From Candidatus Omnitrophota bacterium (GTDB lineage: Bacteria; Omnitrophota; Gorgyraeia; Zapsychrales; Fredricksoniimonadaceae), in the NCBI GenBank assembly GCA_903908245.1, contig CAIVRE010000014.1, positions 31,963 to 95,962 of the forward strand: DNA of 64,000 bases, read 5' to 3'. The number at the start of each line of letters is the position of its first letter. Within the stretch, counting starts at the first letter, position 1. Below the pieces are notes generated by a model, which was not told the origin of the DNA, ran no database searches, and saw only the letters and a program-made list of their open reading frames with translations. This document shows positions 9,228-19,056 of this stretch, one piece after another. Both the position numbers and the translations under genes were made by a program.

Positions 9228-10418
9228 TTATACTTTTCCGGCAAATGCTTTACCGTATTCCACACACGCATCCAGCGCCGGCCCATCCGGCTCCCACACA
9301 TTCTTGATCCCGTCATCCACAACATCATATCCGATCTCTTTGAGGATCGCGCTCATCCGCACCTGCGCCTCACCCGACCAGCCATAACAGCCAAACGCCG
9401 CCGCTTTCTTGCCTTTGAACGCCAGGCCGCGCATTTCTTCCAGCGCGGCGGCTACGGATGAAAGCATGCATTTATTATGCGATGGAGACCCTACCAGGAC
9501 GGCCTTGGAACGGAAAATATCGGTCATCACATCGTTCTTGTCCGACTTTGACAGGGAATGGACAATGATCTCAACCTCGCCATCCGCCATACGGATACCC
9601 CTGGCAATGGCCTCGGCCATAGCGCGCGTCCCACCCCACATCGAATCATAAATAATACAAATGCGGTTCTCCTGATAAGCGTTGGCCCAGGCGTCATACT
9701 TGGCAAAAACCTTGCCGATATCCTTGCGCCAGCAAGCCCCGTGACTGGTGCAGATCATTTCGATCGGCAACCGCATCGCCGCGATCTCTTTCAACTTCGC
9801 GTCAACCATCTTGCTCCAGGGCGCGATAATATTCGCGTAATACTTGATGTCCTCCTCGCGAAGCGTCGCCTGGTCCGCAAGATCAGCAAAGATCTTGTCC
9901 GTCGCCAGATGCTGGCCAAAAGCATCATTGGAAAAAAGAATATTGTCACCCGTAAGATACGTGAACATGGTGTCCGGCCAGTGGAGCATCGCGGCCTCGA
10001 TAAAGACCAGCTTCTTGCCATGGCCGATATCCAGCGTATCGCCCGTACGGACGGGCTTGAAATTCCAGTCCTTGTGATAATGCCCCTTGAGCGACTTGAC
10101 CCCGTTGGGGGTGCAATAGACCGGAACATCAGGGATAGAGCGCATCAGGTCTTCCATCGCACCGCTGTGATCCACCTCGGCATGATTGGCGATCACCGCA
10201 TCGATCTTCCTGAGGTCGATCTCTTTGGGCAATTCACGCATGAACTCCTGGGAATAAGGTGCCCAGACCGTATCGATCAGGACCGACTTTTCCTCTTTGA
10301 TCAAATAAGAATTATATGTGGAACCATGATTGGTCGAATACTCGTCGCCATGGAACCGGCGCAGCTGCCAGTCCACTTTCCCCATCCAATAGACATTGTT
10401 CTTTATTTTTTGTGCCAT
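9228..10418 (-). CDS. fprA: FprA-family flavodiiron protein (metallo-beta-lactamase plus flavodoxin domains)
   Basis: Di-iron ligand motif HAEVDHSG, C-terminal flavodoxin-like domain; 396 aa. Confidence 0.85.
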   Translation of the reverse strand: MAQKIKNNVYWMGKVDWQLRRFHGDEYSTNHGSTYNSYLIKEEKSVLIDTVWAPYSQEFMRELPKEIDLRKIDAVIANHAEVDHSGAMEDLMRSIPDVPVYCTPNGVKSLKGHYHKDWNFKPVRTGDTLDIGHGKKLVFIEAAMLHWPDTMFTYLTGDNILFSNDAFGQHLATDKIFADLADQATLREEDIKYYANIIAPWSKMVDAKLKEIAAMRLPIEMICTSHGACWRKDIGKVFAKYDAWANAYQENRICIIYDSMWGGTRAMAEAIARGIRMADGEVEIIVHSLSKSDKNDVMTDIFRSKAVLVGSPSHNKCMLSSVAAALEEMRGLAFKGKKAAAFGCYGWSGEAQVRMSAILKEIGYDVVDDGIKNVWEPDGPALDACVEYGKAFAGKV

Positions 10419-10510
10419 AAGCGATGCCCCCTGCGTCTTTGTCGCTAAAGATTAAAGCAATATTACAGAACTTTCTTCCTTAATACAATGAGAAAATCCC
10501 CCGAAAATAT

Positions 10511-10535
10511 AAAACCCGGGACTGGCCCGGGTTTT
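10511..10535 (-). terminator. Rho-independent terminator for the 10558-10956 gene
   Basis: aaaacccggg-actgg-cccgggtttt hairpin followed by a T-run on the minus-strand transcript. Confidence 0.5.
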
Positions 10536-10557
10536 ATAGAACAACAACGAATAACGA

Positions 10558-10956
10558 TCATTTCTTAAAACAAACACTGCAAGGCTTATAACCATCCTTC
10601 TCGGCCGCAGCCGCATCCTTATAATAGACCTTGTTGGCCGTGTCCATATTGCCGACCATTTTGCAGGACTGCTTGTGATACTTCTGGCCGCCCTTGGTCG
10701 CCACCAGCGCATCGGCTGAAGTCGGAGGGTTGCAGGTTTTACACGCGGTATACCCCGCCTTTATCGCCGCCTCGGGCGACGCAAACTTCACCAGCTTTTC
10801 AGCCGGGATCTTCTTGGCCACCGGGCATGAAACAACATGGAACTTTTCGCCGCCCTTACTGGCCACATAACCCGCTCCCGTCTCCTGCGCCATCGCGACA
10901 CCGGAAAGCAAAAGCATTAACGCGCCTGACATTAAAACAGATACGATCTTTTTCAT
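10558..10956 (-). CDS. Secreted protein with two tandem Ada-type Cys4 zinc-binding-like modules
   Basis: Signal peptide; two repeats of GG(E/Q)K(F/Y)H...C...FAS/YKDAAAA..GY..CK.C matching the Ada N-terminal Zn-binding pattern. Confidence 0.4.
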   Translation of the reverse strand: MKKIVSVLMSGALMLLLSGVAMAQETGAGYVASKGGEKFHVVSCPVAKKIPAEKLVKFASPEAAIKAGYTACKTCNPPTSADALVATKGGQKYHKQSCKMVGNMDTANKVYYKDAAAAEKDGYKPCSVCFKK

Positions 10957-10976
10957 ACCACACCTCCACGTTTAAG

Positions 10977-11051
10977 AATTAGGGGGACACTTTACTTAAT
11001 TCATCAAGTGCATAAAACAAGCGATTTGAATTAAGTAAAGTGTCCCCCTAT
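10977..11051. repeat. Palindromic repeat element copy 2 (same stem as 1935-2010, different 23-nt loop)
   Basis: Arms 10980-11003 and 11027-11050 (tagggggacactttacttaattca) are exact reverse complements; identical to the copy-1 stem. Confidence 0.65.
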
Positions 11052-11061
11052 TTATTATTTA

Positions 11062-12306
11062 TTAACGCCTGCGGAACCTTCCGCCGGCACCGGCACGGGG
11101 ACGGAAACTGCGCCCGCCGAACTTCTTGACACCACCAGCCGGAGCATGCACGGACGGCGGCTTAAGCCAGAACTCCTGCGCCGGAACTTCAGGATGGGTC
11201 GCGACCGGAATATCGATCTGCACCAGTTTCTGAATGCTGCGCACCTCTTCGAACTGATCAGGTGTTGCAAAAGAAATGGCGCGGCCTTCCAGTCCCGCAC
11301 GCGCAGTGCGTCCGATACGATGCACATAATTATCAGCATCATCAGGCAAGTCGTAATTAATGACCAGTTCAATGTTCTTCACATCAATACCGCGGGCGGC
11401 GATATCCGTTGCCACCAGCACACGGTAACGGCCGACCTTGAAGCCTTCCAGCGCGGCTTTGCGCTGTCCGAGCGAACGGTCGGAATGGATCTCCGCCGCG
11501 TTGATATTCATTTTTTTAAGGTCCATCGTGATCTTGCGCGCGCCATGTTTGGTGCGGCTGAACACCAGGACCGAACCGCGGTACTGGGCAAGGACCTTCT
11601 GCAAAAGAAGATTCTTCTGCTCGCGATTAATAATATAAAGCTCCTGCGTCACATTGGTAGCAACTGTCCCCGAACGGGCGACTTCAATATGAATAGGAAG
11701 CTTCATGTGTCGGGACGTTAACGTCATGATCTCGCGCGGCATCGTTGCCGAGAAAAGCATGGTCTGGCGTTCCTTGGGAATAAAACGGAGGATCTGCTCG
11801 ATCTGCGGCGCAAAACCCATATCGAACATGCGGTCAGCCTCGTCAAGGACAAGGATGCTCACATTGTCCAGCTTGAGCGTATGACGCTCGGTCACATGGT
11901 CGATCAGACGGCCGGGTGTCGCCACGATCACACGGGGATTGCGGCGCAAGCCGCGGATCTGCTCGTCCATCGGCGCGCCGCCGATAAGAACGACCGACTG
12001 AATACCAAAAGCCGGCGCCACCTTGCGGATAGTCTCTTCAACCTGATATGCCAGCTCACGCGTAGGCACCAGGATAAGGCCAATGCCTTTTCCCGCCGCC
12101 AGGCGCTGAACCATCGGAATGGCGAACGCAAGCGTCTTGCCTGTTCCGGTCTGAGCCACACCCATCACGTCTTTCCCTTCGATAGCAAGGGGGATCGCTT
12201 TGTGCTGAATCGGTGTCGGCGTCTTGAACTTCATCTTTTCAAGCATTTCCAACACTTTGGGCGCGATACCGAGCCCATAAAAACTTGTTTCCTGATTTTC
12301 ACTCAT
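11062..12306 (-). CDS. DEAD-box ATP-dependent RNA helicase with C-terminal RGG tail
   Basis: Q motif, Walker A AQTGTGKT, DEAD box (VLDEADRM), SAT, HRIGRTAR motifs; Arg/Gly-rich C-terminus. Confidence 0.85.
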   Translation of the reverse strand: MSENQETSFYGLGIAPKVLEMLEKMKFKTPTPIQHKAIPLAIEGKDVMGVAQTGTGKTLAFAIPMVQRLAAGKGIGLILVPTRELAYQVEETIRKVAPAFGIQSVVLIGGAPMDEQIRGLRRNPRVIVATPGRLIDHVTERHTLKLDNVSILVLDEADRMFDMGFAPQIEQILRFIPKERQTMLFSATMPREIMTLTSRHMKLPIHIEVARSGTVATNVTQELYIINREQKNLLLQKVLAQYRGSVLVFSRTKHGARKITMDLKKMNINAAEIHSDRSLGQRKAALEGFKVGRYRVLVATDIAARGIDVKNIELVINYDLPDDADNYVHRIGRTARAGLEGRAISFATPDQFEEVRSIQKLVQIDIPVATHPEVPAQEFWLKPPSVHAPAGGVKKFGGRSFRPRAGAGGRFRRR

Positions 12307-12572
12307 AATACTTTCTTCTTTCTGTTTTTGTTAAACGCACTTGGACACAGCCGGCAAATATATAAATGCCCGGAAGGACAAGCCGCATAACACAACAGGG
12401 GCCTATCCATTTAAGTATTTTAACGATCATGTTCTTGTGCTCAATGCCGACCCTGAAAGCAAAACCGGCACACGAATGGCAGGACAATGCGGGTAGGACA
12501 TTTGATTTAACGGGGAGAGTATAACACACGATCCGGAATTTTGCTAAAAATAATTTTTCTGTACAACTGTCA

Positions 12573-13913
12573 TCACTTTAAGATACGCGCAGAAATAACA
12601 CGCTCAAGAAGAGAACCTTTGGCAGACCCGGCGCCAAGGTCCAGTGTGGTCACGGCCACGCGGCCTATGACACGCGCACGTTGACTGCCATCGGGCATCG
12701 GCTCGCGATAAGCCCAGGCGGAATGAATGGCATAAGGCTTGTCCTTGTAACTTCCAAGATACAATACAATATGCCCTTGCAGGCGAAGAATAGTGGCAGC
12801 GCCCAGCCCCTTGGCCACGATCCCGGATGACTTTTCAGCGGCAGAAAGTTTTTCATTGAACCCCCCCAGCATCGATCCGGCCTTCCCCTGCTCGGCGGAA
12901 TTCCTGGGCAATTGAATGCCCACAGACGCGAACACCATCTGCAAGAACCGGGAACAATCCTGTCCGCCGTTCATATCGCCCCAGCCATAGGGAGAATCCA
13001 GCAGTTTGAACGCCTGTTCATAGACCGCGCGCGGTGTATACGCCAAAGGGCCGGCCGAAGCGTCTTTCCTTGGAATATACGCTTTAACGAACTTGACCTC
13101 GCCACCCGGGCCAGCCGCAGGCACCTCCACCGCCCAAGATTCCGCCGAAACACTTTTATACGCGAACGCGGCCCCCATCCGGACAGCCGAAAGATACTCG
13201 GTCATTTCCTTATCCAGAAAGAGATCCGCCCTGGCGCTGGTAATGACCACCACCCTACCGGAGAGGGTGGAGGAAAAAACATCGCGCGATGTGCGGGCCA
13301 CGCTCGCTGTCGATACCCACCCGGAACTGATCGCATCATGAACAAAAAGCCATTGGCGATCGCGGCTATGCGCAAGCACGATCACTGGCTCGCCAAACCC
13401 AAGGCCGCTATTCTGAAGCTCGTCAAAATCCACATCCCCCGGATCGGCATAAAGCGGGCTGGCCGTAGGCAAAAGCCTCAAAGCCGCAGGCTTGATGATA
13501 AAACCGAATAACACCCCCACCTTTTCAGGAACAGAATCCACCTCGCGATAAAAACCGCTGATAAGATCCGGGCTCACCGTCTTTCCATCAACACCGAACA
13601 AAGTCCGCTTCTTCAACCCGTCAATGATCTCCGAAAGCTCGGCACGCACCTTGGCCCCCGGCAGCACCTCAGGCACGCGCGCAAGATCTTCGGTCAACCC
13701 GGCCGATACAAGTCGCCGATTCAAGGCCGCCACGCCCTGGGGCCCGAGGATCGGCTCATCAGGCGAAGGATGCCGTGCGACCCAGAACCCGGCTGTGCGC
13801 ATTTCATTGATCACGCCAGGCAGGACACCTGGCGCGGCATAGTTCACCTTCACCTCATCACCCCAGGCCGAACAAACGATCAGGCTGAAAACAACCGACA
13901 GAATTGCGCGCAT
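12573..13913 (-). CDS. NlpC/P60-family peptidoglycan peptidase with N-terminal SH3b-like domains
   Basis: Signal peptide; C-terminal catalytic Cys (QDCSRFLQ) and His (GHIVLYLG) spaced as in NlpC/P60. Confidence 0.65.
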   Translation of the reverse strand: MRAILSVVFSLIVCSAWGDEVKVNYAAPGVLPGVINEMRTAGFWVARHPSPDEPILGPQGVAALNRRLVSAGLTEDLARVPEVLPGAKVRAELSEIIDGLKKRTLFGVDGKTVSPDLISGFYREVDSVPEKVGVLFGFIIKPAALRLLPTASPLYADPGDVDFDELQNSGLGFGEPVIVLAHSRDRQWLFVHDAISSGWVSTASVARTSRDVFSSTLSGRVVVITSARADLFLDKEMTEYLSAVRMGAAFAYKSVSAESWAVEVPAAGPGGEVKFVKAYIPRKDASAGPLAYTPRAVYEQAFKLLDSPYGWGDMNGGQDCSRFLQMVFASVGIQLPRNSAEQGKAGSMLGGFNEKLSAAEKSSGIVAKGLGAATILRLQGHIVLYLGSYKDKPYAIHSAWAYREPMPDGSQRARVIGRVAVTTLDLGAGSAKGSLLERVISARILK

Positions 13914-14995
13914 AATATCCCCAGATAAGTTCCAACAATATTCCCTGTAATGGCCAGAAGCAACCCGACCGATGCCAGTCCCGGCTCATAAACAGCCGCC
14001 ACCACCGGCGCGGACGCCACCCCGCCGATATTCGCCTGGCTGGCCGCCGCCACCAAAAACAGCGGGGCACGCAAGATCCTGGCGCCTGCCAACAAAAATA
14101 TCAAATGGACCGCGATAATAACAAAACCGCCGATGATCAGAACAAGCGACGCTCCTAAATTCGACAGCGAGGCTTTCGAGCCGATCGCTGTAAGCACAAA
14201 ATACAAAAGCCAATAACCCGCCTTTGTCGCTCCGGCGCTCTCAAGTTTTCTGACGGGTGTGAACGAAAACCCGAGGCCCATGGCACTGACAATAATGATC
14301 GTCCAGGCATAAGGGCTCAAGATATCTTTGACCTGCGGCATAAACCGGGCGGCATACTGTGCTAAAGAACCGGCGACCAGCGCGCATGACAGAAGAAACA
14401 CACCGCCAGGCAGCGTCAGCCTGACCGTAACAGCCTTTATGCCCTCCGCCTTTGCCTTAAGGCTATCGAGCACCGACCGGTCCGAATGATTCCAACGGTC
14501 GAACGCCGGCTGCCATTTGACCGCCGCGATCAAAAGCCCCATCCACACATACGGCACGATCGTATCGACCACCACCATCGGCAGAAAAACCTGGTCCGGC
14601 ACCGACATCGCCTCTTTGACCGCGATCATATTGGCGCTTCCGCCCGTCCAGGACGCCGACAATGCACCGAACCCTGCCCAGAACTCCGACCCGACCCGAT
14701 GCTTCACCAGAATATACGCCACCGCCGCGCCGACGATCACGCCGGCACTGCCGATAAAGAACATCCCCAATGCTTTTCCACCCAGCCGGAATATGGCGCG
14801 GACATCCACTGTCACCAGGAGAAGGAACAATGACATCGGCAGGATGTTCGACGTGATCAGCCCCAGCACCGGCGCCTTGGGGTCAATTAACCCGAAAGTC
14901 GAAGCAAGCATCGGCAAGAAATAAATAAAGAACACCGAAGGAAGAACATTAAAAACAGGATCAAAACGCTTGTTCCGCGCGGCTAAAAGGACCAC
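13880..14995 (-). CDS. Polytopic membrane protein, DUF819-like putative transporter
   Basis: About 10 predicted TM helices; composition typical of DUF819. Confidence 0.4.
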   Translation of the reverse strand: MVLLAARNKRFDPVFNVLPSVFFIYFLPMLASTFGLIDPKAPVLGLITSNILPMSLFLLLVTVDVRAIFRLGGKALGMFFIGSAGVIVGAAVAYILVKHRVGSEFWAGFGALSASWTGGSANMIAVKEAMSVPDQVFLPMVVVDTIVPYVWMGLLIAAVKWQPAFDRWNHSDRSVLDSLKAKAEGIKAVTVRLTLPGGVFLLSCALVAGSLAQYAARFMPQVKDILSPYAWTIIIVSAMGLGFSFTPVRKLESAGATKAGYWLLYFVLTAIGSKASLSNLGASLVLIIGGFVIIAVHLIFLLAGARILRAPLFLVAAASQANIGGVASAPVVAAVYEPGLASVGLLLAITGNIVGTYLGILCAQFCRLFSA

Positions 14996-15152
14996 TAATT
15001 CAATAAAGCCAAGGACAAAGACAATGGCAAAAGAAGTTCTTAACAGGGCGCTATCCTCCTTACTGTTCGATCCATCTGAAGAACATCATAATATTCATTA
15101 AGAAAGCGCGCGTCAACACAATAGCGGATACGCCTGGCATCCCGAAACCTCT

Positions 15153-15779
15153 TTACATCCTGTACTCAATGACCCATTCCGTTGAAGGCAGAGACAACCT
15201 GACTTCTTTGTAATCAGCGCCCAATACCCCCTGCGCCTCCGCCTCTTTGCCAAGACAAATGATCTTATACGCCTTGGCCTTATCCAAGCCGACGGCCTTG
15301 ATAAAAAATGGCGTGCGCACCATCATGGAAACAAGCCCTATGACCTTGCCGTCCTTCATGACCGGATAACGCATGGCAATCAGCCTGGGTTGCACAATAC
15401 TGCCATGGGCCGGCTCAGACAACTGAGGGCCAGGAGCATCCTTTAATTTCTGCTGAAAATAATGTAACGGCGCGACCTTCTTCAGGTCAAACCCGCGGGC
15501 AAGAAAGTGCGACGGGAAAAGGACCTGCCGGATCACCCATTTCTCGTCAATAAAAGACCCGCCGAAGATCCCCGGCACACCGGCCACGACAGGCTTCATC
15601 GCTTCGCGAAAAGTCAGCTGATCGGGCTGCTTGTCCGCCGCCAGCTTAAGCTTCGCAAAAACATCGTCAAAATAGGCCTGTGCTTTCTGCCCCACCGCAT
15701 CATCGGCCGGAACAGGCGCTGCGCATGCGATACTGAACATCCCGAATAAAAACAACACCCCCAAAAGGATCCTTTTCAT
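15153..15779 (-). CDS. Secreted protein of unknown function (possible periplasmic sensor-like fold)
   Basis: Signal peptide MKRILLGVLFLFGMFSIACA; no recognisable catalytic motif. Confidence 0.3.
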   Translation of the reverse strand: MKRILLGVLFLFGMFSIACAAPVPADDAVGQKAQAYFDDVFAKLKLAADKQPDQLTFREAMKPVVAGVPGIFGGSFIDEKWVIRQVLFPSHFLARGFDLKKVAPLHYFQQKLKDAPGPQLSEPAHGSIVQPRLIAMRYPVMKDGKVIGLVSMMVRTPFFIKAVGLDKAKAYKIICLGKEAEAQGVLGADYKEVRLSLPSTEWVIEYRM

Positions 15780-16432
15780 ACATTTCCTTTCATTAATTTG
15801 AACACGGTAATATACCCCTGATAATGTGCCACGGTCTCAAAAGCCCCGAAGCGGGACCGTTCCATGGCCAAACGGAGCTTCCCTTCGATATTCTCCCGGA
15901 TCTCTTCCTGCTGGAACAGGAAATACCCGGCCCAGGCGCAGATCTTCCCGAAAATATTCGTCGGGATATCCACGTCGACAATGATCAGCGCTCCCCCCGG
16001 CTTTAACACGCGGAACGCCTCATCCAGGGCGCGGACCTTCAATCCAAAGTCGATATGGTGAAAAAAGAATGTCGAGATGCTGTGGTCAAAACTGGCATCA
16101 AAGAACGGTAAAGCCTCTGCCGCCGCAACGTCAAAATAAACATTGGCAAACCCCCTCGCCTTACGGATAGCGACATCGATCATTTTGGGCGCGGCATCCA
16201 CTCCGCTCACCCGGCCGCTCCTTTCAGCCAAAATCCGGCCAGCCTCAACAGTCAACGTCCCCGTACCGCAGCCGATATCCAGGACCGCAACGATATCAGG
16301 AGACGAAAGGAACTCCAGACAAACCCGGGACATGCGCGCTTCCTGTCCGAATAACATCAACGGGCTCAAGACATCATAAACAGCCGCAACATGATCCAGC
16401 GTCCGCCCTCTGGTCAGCGTCTTCGCGATCAT
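15776..16432 (-). CDS. Class I SAM-dependent methyltransferase (UbiE/Methyltransf_11-like); start trimmed to MIAKTLT so that ATGA overlaps the upstream gene stop
   Basis: SAM-binding motif I VLDIGCGTG, motif post-I and LKPGG motif. Confidence 0.7.
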   Translation of the reverse strand: MIAKTLTRGRTLDHVAAVYDVLSPLMLFGQEARMSRVCLEFLSSPDIVAVLDIGCGTGTLTVEAGRILAERSGRVSGVDAAPKMIDVAIRKARGFANVYFDVAAAEALPFFDASFDHSISTFFFHHIDFGLKVRALDEAFRVLKPGGALIIVDVDIPTNIFGKICAWAGYFLFQQEEIRENIEGKLRLAMERSRFGAFETVAHYQGYITVFKLMKGNV

Positions 16433-17463
16433 TCCAGCCACCTCACAGACCTCTCCACGTCCAACGCCTTGAACATCCACAGGACGACCGCCCGGGCATA
16501 TTCCTCCTTAAGGCCAAGCCCGCATTCATTGAGGTGGCGCAGGCCGTCGAGCATATACCCGTACCCCATGCGCGCGACAGGAGCAAGTTCATCCTGAAAT
16601 TCGGAAAATATCGGTTGCTCCACAGACAACCCGCCTTCCATGGCCTGCAGGCGCCTGAATGCCGATGGATGTTGATGCACCATCAGCGAAAGGGCATAAT
16701 TCTGCCGCCGCTCAAGATGATCCCGGGCCAGGTCTCTTATGTCATCAAGCAACTGACAACCGAGCCCGAACTGCCCCAGGCCCTGCCGGCATTCGGCCAG
16801 CACCCTGCGGTCGGGCGCCTTCTCGATCTTCTCCGGGCCGAAAAGCGGCAAATGGAACAAAAGCCCGGTCTTAAGCTGATGGATGGTATCAAGCACATAT
16901 CCCGGCGGAGGGCGCTTCTCGATTCCACCCTCCTCCGACGCCTCTTCCGCGGCGCTAGGCAGAAGGACCTGGAGCGTCCCGTCCGAAACAATACGGGCCT
17001 CTTCCCTCGTGATAATGCCGCCGGAAACAGCATCGTCCAAAAAACGGGCCAGGATCCGGTCCGCAGCCATGATCACCACGACCTGGCGCATGACCCTGGA
17101 ATCCACCGGCATCCTGACCGAAAAGGAAACCTTGTCCTCCCCGTCCAACAGGTTGTCCGCCGATGTGACCCAGATACGAAAAAGATAATTGATCCGGCCG
17201 TACAGCATCCGCCGCTCCGGGGAAATGCCCAGGAAACCGTACACGGCCTGAAAAAGCGCGGAGAAGAAATTCCGGTGCGGCATGTACATTTCAGGAGGCA
17301 AAGAACCGGCCCTGATCATGAACTCCTTCTGCGTCAGGGACGGCGAGATCACCACCTCCCGTCCCGCTTTTTCAACGTCGCTCAAGCACTGGCGGCATTC
17401 ATCGAACGACGCGCGCAGGACTTTATTGACCGAGAACGCGCGGGAAATATCCAGGATCAACAT
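16429..17463 (-). CDS. Divergent trans-isoprenyl diphosphate synthase-like protein
   Basis: Second Asp-rich motif GxxxQLLDDIRD matches the polyprenyl synthase GxxFQxxDDxxD; first motif degenerate. Confidence 0.4.
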   Translation of the reverse strand: MLILDISRAFSVNKVLRASFDECRQCLSDVEKAGREVVISPSLTQKEFMIRAGSLPPEMYMPHRNFFSALFQAVYGFLGISPERRMLYGRINYLFRIWVTSADNLLDGEDKVSFSVRMPVDSRVMRQVVVIMAADRILARFLDDAVSGGIITREEARIVSDGTLQVLLPSAAEEASEEGGIEKRPPPGYVLDTIHQLKTGLLFHLPLFGPEKIEKAPDRRVLAECRQGLGQFGLGCQLLDDIRDLARDHLERRQNYALSLMVHQHPSAFRRLQAMEGGLSVEQPIFSEFQDELAPVARMGYGYMLDGLRHLNECGLGLKEEYARAVVLWMFKALDVERSVRWLE

Positions 17464-18329
17464 AAACTGCCCCTCGCATAGTACTGTTGCAAATACGTGT
17501 CCAGGTCGATCTTGCCGCGCCGCTCCACTGAAACATCTACGACGGAAAAGAAGACGAGAAGTTTACCGAGCGCATAATATTGTGACGAGAACGGACGGAT
17601 CAGCCATAAGGCCAGCTCGCAGATCCAGACCGGGATAACAGAGACCGCCGGCGCCCTGTTCCAGACCCTGAAACAGGAATCGCAGATATCACGCCATGTC
17701 ATCTCCCTCGGCCCGCCGACGGAAATATAGGCATTGGAAAGATCAAACGCGCCGTCAACCATGAACAAGGCCAGTTCCCCGACTTCAACCGGTGCACAGG
17801 AAACATTGCCTCCGCCGATAATGTACATCCTCCCCTTCTGTGCAGTCCTGGCCATCTCCGCGAAATCACGCATGAACCCGCTCGCGCGGACAATGACCCA
17901 TTCGATCCCGCTTTTCTTAAGCGCCTCCTCGAACCTGAATTTCGCCTCCATGAGAGGAACGCCCTGCCTGGCGCCGATATCGGTCCCAACAGGTGAAATG
18001 AACACGAATTTCCTGACCCCCGCCCGCCTGGCTTCGGCAAGCAGGTTCATGTTCCCCTGATAATCCACGTCCATATGCGTCAGCCCGCCCCGCATCCGCG
18101 TGATGCCGATCACGGAAACGACGGTCTCGATCCCGGAACACGCCCCCGCCAGCGTGGAAGGCTTGGTGACATCGGCCACGATCCTGGACGACACCTTCCC
18201 GTCAAGGCCGCTGAATTCCCGGTCGGACAACCCGAGCCCGGAGGGATAAATGCCTTTCTTCACGAACGCGCCGACCAGCTCCCGCCCCAGCACTCCGCCG
18301 ACTCCCGCGATCAGAACTTTTTTGCTCAT
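17457..18329 (-). CDS. NmrA/atypical-SDR-like NAD(P)-binding protein
   Basis: N-terminal Rossmann motif KVLIAGVGGVLG; ~290 aa; no catalytic YxxxK. Confidence 0.55.
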   Translation of the reverse strand: MSKKVLIAGVGGVLGRELVGAFVKKGIYPSGLGLSDREFSGLDGKVSSRIVADVTKPSTLAGACSGIETVVSVIGITRMRGGLTHMDVDYQGNMNLLAEARRAGVRKFVFISPVGTDIGARQGVPLMEAKFRFEEALKKSGIEWVIVRASGFMRDFAEMARTAQKGRMYIIGGGNVSCAPVEVGELALFMVDGAFDLSNAYISVGGPREMTWRDICDSCFRVWNRAPAVSVIPVWICELALWLIRPFSSQYYALGKLLVFFSVVDVSVERRGKIDLDTYLQQYYARGSLC

Positions 18330-18515
18330 TATGTCCTCCCTGTCGATCTTCCCCTTACCCTGCTCTTCATGCCCTGCAATATTATGGACGGGCCATCCGG
18401 ATAAAAGAAGCGCAATGTCCCCTAAAACGCTCTTTGCAATGCAATCAATGGCGGAAATAATAAAAAACCCCGCAAGAAATTGCAGGATCAGAAGGAAGGG
18501 ACCGGAAAACCCGTG

Positions 18516-19055
18516 TCAGACGCCATATTTCTTTAACTTATACCAAAGATTGCGCTCCGAGATCCCCAGCAAACGGGCAGCCTCTGCCTTGACGCCGTGA
18601 GCGGCCTTAAGGGCTTTCTGAATGGCTTCTTTCTCTTTAGTGTCCAACTGGGACTGCAGATCAAATCCATCTGTCGCGGGAACCTGGTCTGTTGATACTT
18701 TCTGCATGACGTTCTTGACAGCCTGTACAAGCTCATCAACGCTAAATGGCTTGCGCATATAGTCACACGCCCCGTGCTTCAGGGTTTTCACCGCCGTATC
18801 CACCTCCGCGTGAGCCGTCGTCACGATCACCGGCAATTTGATCCCCAGGCGTTCCATTTCATAAATGAGTTCGACCCCGTCCATGACCGGCATGCGCACA
18901 TCGGTCACGACAACATCAACATGCTGATCGAACAGGATCTTCAACGCCTCCTGGCCGTTCGACGCGGTCAAAACATTGAACCCATGTTCCGGAAGCCCCA
19001 TCCGCAAGACCCTGAGCAACCGGGGCTCATCATCAACGATCAAGATGTCTGGCAT
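18516..19055 (-). CDS. Response regulator: receiver domain plus Fis-type HTH (no sigma-54 AAA domain)
   Basis: Receiver acidic pocket (VDDE...D), C-terminal Fis HTH (AARLLGISERNLWYKLKKY). Confidence 0.75.
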   Translation of the reverse strand: MPDILIVDDEPRLLRVLRMGLPEHGFNVLTASNGQEALKILFDQHVDVVVTDVRMPVMDGVELIYEMERLGIKLPVIVTTAHAEVDTAVKTLKHGACDYMRKPFSVDELVQAVKNVMQKVSTDQVPATDGFDLQSQLDTKEKEAIQKALKAAHGVKAEAARLLGISERNLWYKLKKYGV

Positions 19056-19056
19056 A

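Noticed and set aside
16534-17481. 315-aa plus-strand ORF
   Set aside because: It is antisense to the prenyl-synthase-like gene of the three-gene operon, with Arg/His/Pro-rich composition.
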